From Patescibacteria group bacterium (lineage in GTDB: Bacteria; Patescibacteriota; Minisyncoccia; UBA6257; GWB1-50-10): a stretch of 64,000 nt of DNA. A program made the translations under genes and the position numbers. Location of the stretch: the NCBI GenBank assembly GCA_023474215.1, contig JAMCYI010000006.1:65452-129451 (forward strand), written 5' to 3'. Each line of letters begins with the position of its first letter. Position 1 is the stretch's first letter. The notes beneath the pieces were generated by a model. That model saw nothing but the letters and a program-made list of their open reading frames with translations, was not told where the DNA came from and searched no databases. Shown one piece after another: positions 47,579-55,190 of the stretch.

Positions 47579-47737
47579 GTATAAGAAAAACACCGTCGTT
47601 CCGCGAAAAAGGGTGTGCGATTCCGCGGCAACCGCGTCGATTGTACTCGTCATGATTTGATTTGTTTCCCCAGAAATCCGACTGCATCTCCTAGTTCGTT
47701 CAGTATGCCACTTGAAAAAAACGATGTTAATTACACG
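47579..47737 (+). ncRNA. Candidate rod-shaped ncRNA (6S-like)
   Basis: TGGTATAGT upstream; pairings aacaccgt/acgatgtt, ggtgtgc/gtatgcc, gtcgatt/aatccgac separated by bubbles. Confidence 0.35.
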
Positions 47738-49017
47738 CTTTGCTCCAACAATCGGTCGGCGGTTTTCTTCCACCTCGACAGCGGTTCGTGAGTAAAAACC
47801 GCGATTGCTTTCTGAGTGGAATATCCGGCTTTCTTTAATTTCCCGAAACTTTCGATCCCTTCCTTGAGAAGCTTATGATATTCGGTAACATACACCTCCC
47901 CTATATCCTTATCGAGCAGTTTTTTAAAATCCTCCGAGCTCTTTCCTAATTTACCCGGCAATTCATCGTACACCCATCGTTCCGTCGCAAGACGTACCTG
48001 GTCGTTAAAATATTCGTAAAGCCCTCCCATTGCTTCCGACTTCGTCAGCGACGAGTAAATCTTTTGAGGATCTACTCCCTCAGCGCAATAAGCTAAGATT
48101 TCATTCGACGCTTGATAATCAATATCCTGTCGACTGAATCTGAGAAAGTGCTTCAGGGCAAGTTCTTTCTCCTCGTCGGTTCTCGCATGCTCAAGCCTTC
48201 CATCAATCAGAACTCTTTCGATTTTTTTACTAAAGAATGCCCACAAAGCATGTTGTTCTTCATGTTTTTGAGTACCCTTTGAATTGATGTATTCCTTTAC
48301 CGCAAATCCCCGCCAGCCTGATTTTTCGGCGATGATCGCCCCCTCTAAGTCGGGAATAAGTGAAGTGCTCACATGTGCGCCTCCGCTCCTGTCCGCGTTT
48401 TCCCGATCCGATGGTTGAATGTCTTCTTTCCCTTTCTTCAAAAATTTCTGGCTGCAAATGCGGGTGTAATCGTCCAGATTCTCGCACCGTACATAGAGTG
48501 TCACCGGCCCCTCGATAATTTCAACCTTCCCTTCGGGATCCCCGCCGAACAAGACCTTGAACAGCTCGCGGTCTTTGGGATATCGCTGCCGGATTTCCCT
48601 GACCTTTGCGTGCCTGAATTCGTAGAGATCCATAAGCAACTCCGACATTTCTTCCTGGTCTTGAGTCATGCCGTATCGCGATCCGAATTCCTTGATCGAC
48701 CGCAGGAGATCGTCCTTCGGTATATCGGGGTTTTTCTCGATTACGGCGATGGCGGCGGCCTGAACCGCCGCAAGGCCCTCAATGCGCCTCTTCAGTTTTT
48801 CCTTGAATCTACCGACCAATAACTCCCGGTATTCCTTGGGAGCATCTTTGATGTTCTGCAGCTCGGCGGTTATCTTGACCGCTTCCTCGTCATACATCGG
48901 AAAGATTTCCTCAGTACTTTTTTCCCACGCGATCTCGCCCCGCATGGCCTTTTCAACCGCAGTCTCGAGCGGACCTTCAATTTTTGGTTGTTGAAAAGAT
49001 ATTTTCTCCGGATTCAT
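47731..49017 (-). CDS. Hypothetical protein with HExxH motif
   Basis: KHEEQH followed by NEILAY; TGTTAGAAT 6 nt before ATG. Confidence 0.75.
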   Translation of the reverse strand: MNPEKISFQQPKIEGPLETAVEKAMRGEIAWEKSTEEIFPMYDEEAVKITAELQNIKDAPKEYRELLVGRFKEKLKRRIEGLAAVQAAAIAVIEKNPDIPKDDLLRSIKEFGSRYGMTQDQEEMSELLMDLYEFRHAKVREIRQRYPKDRELFKVLFGGDPEGKVEIIEGPVTLYVRCENLDDYTRICSQKFLKKGKEDIQPSDRENADRSGGAHVSTSLIPDLEGAIIAEKSGWRGFAVKEYINSKGTQKHEEQHALWAFFSKKIERVLIDGRLEHARTDEEKELALKHFLRFSRQDIDYQASNEILAYCAEGVDPQKIYSSLTKSEAMGGLYEYFNDQVRLATERWVYDELPGKLGKSSEDFKKLLDKDIGEVYVTEYHKLLKEGIESFGKLKKAGYSTQKAIAVFTHEPLSRWKKTADRLLEQSV

Positions 49018-49047
49018 GGGGATATTCTAACACCGAGGCAAAGTGGG

Positions 49048-50829
49048 TCAATCCGCATCGCGGAATCCACCCGCCTGGATGTTCCAAAGTTTCCGATAAA
49101 GACCTCCCCGCTTCAAGAGATCCTGGTGCGTTCCCTCGGCCGCCATTTTGCCGTTCTCAATGACGACGATCCGGTCCATTTTCATAATAGTCGAAAGGCG
49201 GTGCGCGATAACGATGACGGTCTTTCCTTCCATGAGCGTTCGGAGCGCGTCCTGAATGAGAGCTTCCGATTCGGAATCCAGGCTCGATGTCGCTTCGTCG
49301 AGCACGAGAATGGGCGCATCCTTCAAGATCGCGCGCGCGATTGCGACACGCTGGCGCTCTCCTCCCGAGAGTTTCACGCCCCGCTCGCCGACAAAGGTTT
49401 GATATCCTTCCGTGAGCGTTCCGATAAACTCGTCGCAGTGAGCTTTTCTCGATGCTTCAATGACTTCCTCATCGGTCGCCCCGCGCCTCCCGTAGCGGAT
49501 ATTCTCCATGAGCGTCCGGTGGAAGAGGATCGGTTCCTGCGGCACGAATGCGATCGCATTCCTTAAACTTTCCTGGCTAACCTCCGCGATGTTTTGGCCG
49601 TCTATCTCAATTGCCCCTTTCGAAACGTCATAGAGACGGAGGAGAATCTTCGTGATGGTGGTCTTCCCCGCGCCCGATGGCCCCACGAGCGCGAGCTTTT
49701 CACCACCCCTGACCGTGAGATTGAAGCGCCGGAGGATCGGCCGGTCTTCGGAGAAGTAGAAATCGACATCTTTGAACTGAATTTTACAATCCGCCGTCGC
49801 GAGCGGACGGGCGCCGGGACGATCCTGGATGTCATGCGGGGTCTTCAAAATTTCAACCATCTCCACAGCGTCCGCGAACGCGTCGTAGAACCTCCGAAGC
49901 TCCCGGTTCAAACCGTTCAACTGGCCGAAGAGACCGAGGAGATAGCTTTGGATGAGCACGAAGTCACCGATCGTGATGAGCCCCCGCTCCCAGAACATCA
50001 CCGCGCCGTAGATGAGGCCGATGTTGATGCCTACCATGAGAATCCCCTGGATAGACCAGATGAGTTCATCGGCGCCCCACGAGCGCATGGTCGCCTTGCG
50101 CCAGAGATCGACGACGCCGTGGAAAAGCCCCCGTTCGTGGTCGTACCCCGAAAAGAGCGTGACGGTGTTTTGGTTCGATACGGCATCAGAAAGCGCCCCG
50201 ACCATCTTGCTGTCCGCCTCCGCCCGCGATACGCGGAGCGGCTGCCTCAAACGCGCGACGAAGATCTGAAACGCGATGAAGCAGACGACCCAGATGCCGA
50301 GTGCAATCCCGAGGACATGGTTTCTGAGAAAGAGGATGCCGACCGCCCCGACCGTGAAGAACGTCGTCGGGAAAAACTGGCCCATGATGCTATCCATCAT
50401 CGACTCGAAGGCGGCCGCGAACTTGCTCACGCGGCGCGTCAAAGTGCCGCTGAAGCGCGAAATGAAAAAATGATATGAGTGCCTGATGAGGTAATCGAAT
50501 GCCGACACGTAGAGGTCGGCCATGACCCGCGATTCAAGATGGATAATGGCGTAGGTTTGCGTCCGGCGGAACGCCCAGCTCACAACGGAAATGACTGCGA
50601 TCACAACGACCAACATCAAGAGCTGGTCGATCACCGCCGACGTTCTGACACCCGCGGCGAGAATATTGAAAAGCTGCCGCATGTAGAGCGGCGAAGTCAG
50701 ATCGGCAACCTGAACGCCGATAGCGCCGAAAAATACGAGCGCAAAGAGCCAGAGATGGCGCCGCACGCCATCCTGATACGCCCGAAATATGTCCCCCGCC
50801 TTCACGGGTTTTTGCGCATCGACCCCCAT
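49048..50829 (-). CDS. ABC exporter, fused permease and ATPase
   Basis: GPSGAGKT, LSGGERQR, LDEATSSLD; N-terminal TMD. Confidence 0.95.
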   Translation of the reverse strand: MGVDAQKPVKAGDIFRAYQDGVRRHLWLFALVFFGAIGVQVADLTSPLYMRQLFNILAAGVRTSAVIDQLLMLVVVIAVISVVSWAFRRTQTYAIIHLESRVMADLYVSAFDYLIRHSYHFFISRFSGTLTRRVSKFAAAFESMMDSIMGQFFPTTFFTVGAVGILFLRNHVLGIALGIWVVCFIAFQIFVARLRQPLRVSRAEADSKMVGALSDAVSNQNTVTLFSGYDHERGLFHGVVDLWRKATMRSWGADELIWSIQGILMVGINIGLIYGAVMFWERGLITIGDFVLIQSYLLGLFGQLNGLNRELRRFYDAFADAVEMVEILKTPHDIQDRPGARPLATADCKIQFKDVDFYFSEDRPILRRFNLTVRGGEKLALVGPSGAGKTTITKILLRLYDVSKGAIEIDGQNIAEVSQESLRNAIAFVPQEPILFHRTLMENIRYGRRGATDEEVIEASRKAHCDEFIGTLTEGYQTFVGERGVKLSGGERQRVAIARAILKDAPILVLDEATSSLDSESEALIQDALRTLMEGKTVIVIAHRLSTIMKMDRIVVIENGKMAAEGTHQDLLKRGGLYRKLWNIQAGGFRDAD

Positions 50830-50869
50830 GAGAATAAGAAGATAATATCAGATTTGTTAGAATTACTCC

Positions 50870-51217
50870 ATGGACTCTATCCACATAACCGACCTGCTGT
50901 TCCATGGCAAGCACGGCGTCGGGGGCGACGAACGCAACGTCGAGCAGGAATTCTCGATCGAGGTGAGTCTGGGATTCGAAACCTCCCGAGCCGGCGCAAG
51001 CGATCGGCTCGCCGACACCGTTGACTACGGCGCTATCCGCGACACAATCCGCGAAGTGATCGAAGGACCCAGCCGGTATCTCATCGAAGCTCTGGCCGAA
51101 GACATCGCGAAGAGAATCCTCGAAGATAAACGGATACGATCGGCCGAGATCACCATTAAAAAAACCGCCGTTTGGAAGAACGGCGTCCCGAGCGTGACGA
51201 TCACGAGGGGCAATTGA
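50870..51217 (+). CDS. folB: Dihydroneopterin aldolase
   Basis: HGVGGDER..Q.F, SDRLADTVDYG, LIEALAE, catalytic K. Confidence 0.92.
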   Translation: MDSIHITDLLFHGKHGVGGDERNVEQEFSIEVSLGFETSRAGASDRLADTVDYGAIRDTIREVIEGPSRYLIEALAEDIAKRILEDKRIRSAEITIKKTAVWKNGVPSVTITRGN

Positions 51218-51292
51218 GTCCGACTGGCGGTTGTGGTATGACTAGAGGAGAACTTTTACTGATTTTGCAACGAACTAAAACCGGAGGTGTGT

Positions 51293-51952
51293 ATGGCAAT
51301 GCTTGCGGGACTTCTCTTGCTTTTCATCGTTCCCGGCAATCACGGAGCAACACATAAGTCCGACAGTACGGTCATTGAGGGGGTATATCAAGTCCAAATC
51401 ACCGAACTTCCCGATGTTCCGAAATTCCTCTCGGGATTCTTCGGCAAAGTGGCTCAATTTCTCGATCTTGCCCCCGATAAGTTAGACTACCGCGAAACGG
51501 TGCTTGGCCAACCGGAAACAGATGATTTTCGGATCGAACTCAAAGACCAAACGGGCCGGCAGTGGATCCATTTTTCCTCGGACACTGCGCTGTCATCCTT
51601 CATTGACCCGCCGGAATTCCGTACCGGTACGCTCCCGAAGGCCAAGCTGAAACCCGACGCTATTCGCTTCATTGTTGGCATCCGCGATTTCTTCATACGA
51701 GATCGGGGCTCTTTCTTCCACGGCCGATTCGTGCTGTGGGGTGATACAGTCGATTTCTATTCGACCCGGGATTCGCTTCGGCCGCTCCTCTATCGGTTCT
51801 CAAGTTTCAATCGAAAAGGCAAGCTTGTCATGAAAGGAGTGGTCTTGCGTGGCAGTCGCGATGGATTTGTCATCTATCCCTGGACCAGCCTTTACTTGTA
51901 CAAAGAAGAAACTGGGCTCATCTTGGAATTAAAGAGTCTCGAAATTAAGTAA
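51293..51952 (+). CDS. Hypothetical secreted or anchored protein
   Basis: GGAGGT RBS, hydrophobic N-terminus, terminator follows. Confidence 0.65.
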   Translation: MAMLAGLLLLFIVPGNHGATHKSDSTVIEGVYQVQITELPDVPKFLSGFFGKVAQFLDLAPDKLDYRETVLGQPETDDFRIELKDQTGRQWIHFSSDTALSSFIDPPEFRTGTLPKAKLKPDAIRFIVGIRDFFIRDRGSFFHGRFVLWGDTVDFYSTRDSLRPLLYRFSSFNRKGKLVMKGVVLRGSRDGFVIYPWTSLYLYKEETGLILELKSLEIK

Positions 51953-51956
51953 AGAA

Positions 51957-51990
51957 CGGGAACCTTCCCTCGAAGGTTCCCGCTTTGTTT
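51957..51990 (+). terminator. Intrinsic terminator
   Basis: cgggaaccttc..gaaggttcccg followed by ctttgttt. Confidence 0.75.
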
Positions 51991-52064
51991 TAACTTTGCT
52001 CTCCCACTGCTGCTCCCACGAAGGCTTAAAAGGTGGACGGTAAACAATCTATCAGAGGCGAAAA

Positions 52065-53267
52065 CTATTTTATAAGAACCTTGCGGTCTCGGTACTTTTT
52101 GCTTTCGAGGTCCTTCACATATCGTGTGTATGCCTCCTCGATTCTTTTGGCTTCCACGGGCATTATTTTCGCCATTTCCTGGAGATTATGTCTCCCACTT
52201 TTCGCTTCGGAGAGAACCTTCAGGAGTTCGTTATAACAACCCGCTTTCGTCATGATACTCACGGTGGCTGGATAGGTTTTTATAAATTCTTCCACGGAAA
52301 GATTCTTGTCTTCAACGAAGTTTTTCCAGTCATTTCTTAGTCGATGAGTTTCGTCGGTATACTTTTCCAGCTCCCAGGCATCTTCTTTTTTCCATTCAGG
52401 GTTTATCTCTTTCAGTGTTATTTCTCCTTTCCTATCTGCAGGAAGATACTTACTTAAAAATTCTTCGATGGGTATGTAGCCAACGGCCACTTCATACGGC
52501 GGCTTCCCCGTTTTCATGAACTCGTCGAACCGGCTCTTGCTGATATTCCCATTTTGGTCAATGAATTGCGACCACAGACCGTTGCCGTTGAACTGATTTT
52601 CAAGCGTCTTCACTTTTTTGAACCCGAGCCGTTCCGCGGCGGGAAGGGAAAGAAGCCATGATTCGCCGATGATTCCCCGCGCTTCGGGATATTTTTGGGG
52701 AATCATTTCGGCAAGTTTGGTAAACGATGCACCGATCTCGGTGAGTAGCGATTTTTCCGGACCGCTTTCATAAAAAGCAGGGAAATGAATTGCTAAAAAT
52801 TCCTCTTCTGGACCGAATCCTGCTTCCTCCATACGGCGGTTTTCATGCGTCCCCGACTCCGTTCTAATGACTCCGATCGTCGTATCATTTTCCGTCATCC
52901 TTTCGATTTCGGTTGGTTCCTCCTTTTTAAGATTGGCGTAGACGTCGAAGACATACTGGGTTATCAACTCCTCTCTCTTTTCTCGATCCGGCGTTTCCCG
53001 ATATATCCTATTTATTTCGTTCTCAATGGAAGTGGCAAAAGCTAACTTTTTGTCCGCCTCTTCACCTTCATGAACGTTTCGATATCTGTCCCGGAGACGT
53101 CTCATGATGGGGGTATATTCGTAAAGGACGTGGCTGAAATTCCCCTCACCCCTATAGTACGAATCGGCAAAATGGACTTCGAGAGCGGTTAAACGCTTTG
53201 CAAGTTCTGCTTCGCGATCTGCCTGGTTTTCTGTTTCTATGGATTGGGTTATCCGCTCTGGATTCAT
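52065..53267 (-). CDS. Hypothetical protein, possible GNAT-like acyltransferase domain
   Basis: AIHFP..YPEARGIIGESWLL..LGF; likely start MNPERI. Confidence 0.65.
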   Translation of the reverse strand: MNPERITQSIETENQADREAELAKRLTALEVHFADSYYRGEGNFSHVLYEYTPIMRRLRDRYRNVHEGEEADKKLAFATSIENEINRIYRETPDREKREELITQYVFDVYANLKKEEPTEIERMTENDTTIGVIRTESGTHENRRMEEAGFGPEEEFLAIHFPAFYESGPEKSLLTEIGASFTKLAEMIPQKYPEARGIIGESWLLSLPAAERLGFKKVKTLENQFNGNGLWSQFIDQNGNISKSRFDEFMKTGKPPYEVAVGYIPIEEFLSKYLPADRKGEITLKEINPEWKKEDAWELEKYTDETHRLRNDWKNFVEDKNLSVEEFIKTYPATVSIMTKAGCYNELLKVLSEAKSGRHNLQEMAKIMPVEAKRIEEAYTRYVKDLESKKYRDRKVLIK

Positions 53268-53427
53268 GCCCTCATTCTCAACCATCCGGGGGCATTTTTC
53301 AACCTCAAGTTATAGAATCGCCAGTTCGATTTCCTAACGGGGCATCCCGCTCCACGTCCTAGCGGGGTGTATGAGCAAGGTAGCAAAAATCAGGCCTTCT
53401 CGGTCCGCACGATAAAAAATACCTCAG

Positions 53428-53691
53428 CTCCGCGGGCAGGACTCGAACCTGCAACCATCTCCTTACAGTTCTCCTTCTGTTACCAAAAGGTCTGGACTAT
53501 CTCATGTCCCCGGGGGGGGACTCGGGTATATAGTCTCTACACATTTATCCCGCCGTTCCCAGCGAAAATTTAGCTCGGGATTGTCCGCCTGCCGGCGGAG
53601 TTCCCCGAATTAGCCCGATTTTCATTCATGCATTGCTGCATGAAGCTGCCTTACTTGACAGGGAGCCGCTCTACCATTGAGCTACCGCGGA
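53428..53691 (-). tRNA. tRNA-Asn(GUU) with intron; exons 53658-53691 and 53428-53465
   Basis: Joined exons give a 72-nt cloverleaf: UCCGCGG acceptor, loop CU-GUU-AA, GGUUCGAGUCC, G73; no encoded CCA. Confidence 0.93.
53466..53657 (-). ncRNA. Group I self-splicing intron, 192 nt, no ORF
   Basis: P1 CUGU/GCAG with U-G at the 5' splice site; AAUUCGGGGAA, AAUCCCGAGC, GUAGAGACUA and GAUAGUCC core elements; terminal G. Confidence 0.92.
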
Positions 53692-53724
53692 GCTGAAGTA
53701 TCTTTCACAAAACAACTGAAGTGC

Positions 53725-53762
53725 ATTATAAGTTGCATTTCTCTTCTTTTCAAGTATAAAAT
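53725..53762. promoter_or_regulatory. Overlapping divergent tRNA promoters
   Basis: Minus strand TTGAAA-17-TATAAT; plus strand TTGCAT-18-TAAAAT. Confidence 0.65.
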
Positions 53763-53785
53763 AGGATGAGATAAGTTTCCGGAAA

Positions 53786-53858
53786 GCCCCTATAGCTCAG
53801 TTGGTAGAGCACCTGCCTTTTAAGCAGTGGGTCGCAGGTTCGAATCCTGCTGGGGGCA
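53786..53858 (+). tRNA. tRNA-Lys(UUU)
   Basis: GCCCCTA/TGGGGGC acceptor, loop CT-TTT-AA, GGTTCGAATCC; no encoded CCA. Confidence 0.96.
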
Positions 53859-53919
53859 CAAACGAGAATTTTTAATTTCCAATTTTTAATTTTTAAACAT
53901 AGAATGGGGGTTGGGAAAA

Positions 53920-54231
53920 ATGGAGAGCAAGAAATTTCAGCGCACCAGAGAAGATTTTACCTGCGAAAAGTGCGGGGTTGCTGTCCGAGGGAACGGATAC
54001 ACCAATCATTGCCCGCAGTGTCTCTGGAGCAAACATGTCGATATATTCCCCGGCGATCGCCGAGAAATGTGCCGGGGCCTTATGGAACCCATCGCCACTG
54101 AGAAAAAAGGTAAGGAATATATTGTTCTCCATCGCTGCATCGAATGCGGATTTGAGAGAAAAAACAAGATCGCGGATGGCGATAATTTCGATACCGCCAA
54201 AGAAATAACGGCAAAGGGTTACAATGTATAA
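53920..54231 (+). CDS. RNHCP-domain zinc-binding protein
   Basis: FTCEKCG, TNHCPQCLWSKHVD..PGDR..C.G.M, HRC..CG. Confidence 0.9.
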   Translation: MESKKFQRTREDFTCEKCGVAVRGNGYTNHCPQCLWSKHVDIFPGDRREMCRGLMEPIATEKKGKEYIVLHRCIECGFERKNKIADGDNFDTAKEITAKGYNV

Positions 54232-55111
54232 CATGCAAAAACAGTACCTCAATCGCGCACGGAATGAACTGACCGAACATTTGGTGTATGGCAAACTCGC
54301 GCTTCGCGAGAAAAAACCGGAAAACCGCGAACTTCTCCGAAAGCTTTCCATACAGGAAAAGGCGCACTATGAATTTTGGCAATCGCTCATCTCCGACATC
54401 GAAGTAAAGCCGTATTTTGCAAGTCTTCACTTGATCCCGCTCTTGCGATCGGTTTTGGGCGTCACGTTCACGACGAAATTCCTGGAAACACACGAGAAGA
54501 ACTCCATTGCGATCTACGAGGGAATGCTCGCCACAATGCCCGCTGAACGCCAGGAACACTTGAAAGCGATCATCGAAGAAGAAAGAACGCACGAACAATC
54601 GCTCATCGGTGAATTGAAAGAGCAGCGGGTTTCGTATATCGGCTTCATTGCACTGGGGCTCGCCGATGCGATCGTCGAGATCACCGGTGTCCACGCCGGT
54701 TTCCTCGGCGTCACCCGCTCGACCTTGATCGCCGGTATTTCGGGGACCATCGTAGGCTTTTCAGCCGCAATATCGATGGGATCGGCGGCATATCTTCAAG
54801 CAAAACAAGATCCGGAGAAATCGGCGATCATTTCCGCCTTCGTCACGGCTTTCTCATATTTCGGGTCTGTCATCCTCCTTGCGCTCCCCTACTTCCTCAT
54901 TCGTGACATGATCTCCGCATTCGCCATCTCAACGTCAGTCGGCATCGTACTCCTCGCAATGTTCACGTTTTACACTTCCGTCGTCTTCGACCGGAAATTC
55001 ATCCGTGAATTCGGCGAAGCGGCAATTCTCATGCTTTCGACGGCAGTCGCTTCGTTCATCTTGGGTGACGTGATCGGCGGCGTCTTCCACATCGGCGCGT
55101 CGAGTTTCTAA
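54224..55111 (+). CDS. Ferritin-like domain fused to VIT1/CCC1 transporter
   Basis: ExxH motifs (EKAH, ERTHE); LGLADAIVE, AISMG. Confidence 0.88.
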   Translation: MYNMQKQYLNRARNELTEHLVYGKLALREKKPENRELLRKLSIQEKAHYEFWQSLISDIEVKPYFASLHLIPLLRSVLGVTFTTKFLETHEKNSIAIYEGMLATMPAERQEHLKAIIEEERTHEQSLIGELKEQRVSYIGFIALGLADAIVEITGVHAGFLGVTRSTLIAGISGTIVGFSAAISMGSAAYLQAKQDPEKSAIISAFVTAFSYFGSVILLALPYFLIRDMISAFAISTSVGIVLLAMFTFYTSVVFDRKFIREFGEAAILMLSTAVASFILGDVIGGVFHIGASSF

Positions 55112-55130
55112 GGAAGTTTTTTGCATATCA

Positions 55131-55159
55131 AAAACCCGGACAAACACGTCCGGGCTTTT
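55131..55159. terminator. Bidirectional terminator
   Basis: aaaacccggac..gtccgggctttt between convergent genes. Confidence 0.7.
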
Positions 55160-55190
55160 CTCTCTCCATTTATCTCTATTCCTATCCGTT

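Noticed and set aside
46245-47641. 21/22-nt match attccgcggcaaccgcgt(g/c)gat at 46245 and 47620
   Set aside because: Same strand, self-complementary and GC-rich, one copy is coding; plausible by chance and no mechanism is evident.
53308-53370. IS200/IS605-like end hairpins downstream of tRNA-Asn
   Set aside because: Only short hairpins, with no transposase, TnpB or partner end in the window.
53651-53691. Reading the split tRNA as tRNA-Asp(GUC)
   Set aside because: The CAA after CUGU belongs to the intron; P1 geometry, the terminal G and the U1-A72 acceptor give GUU (Asn).
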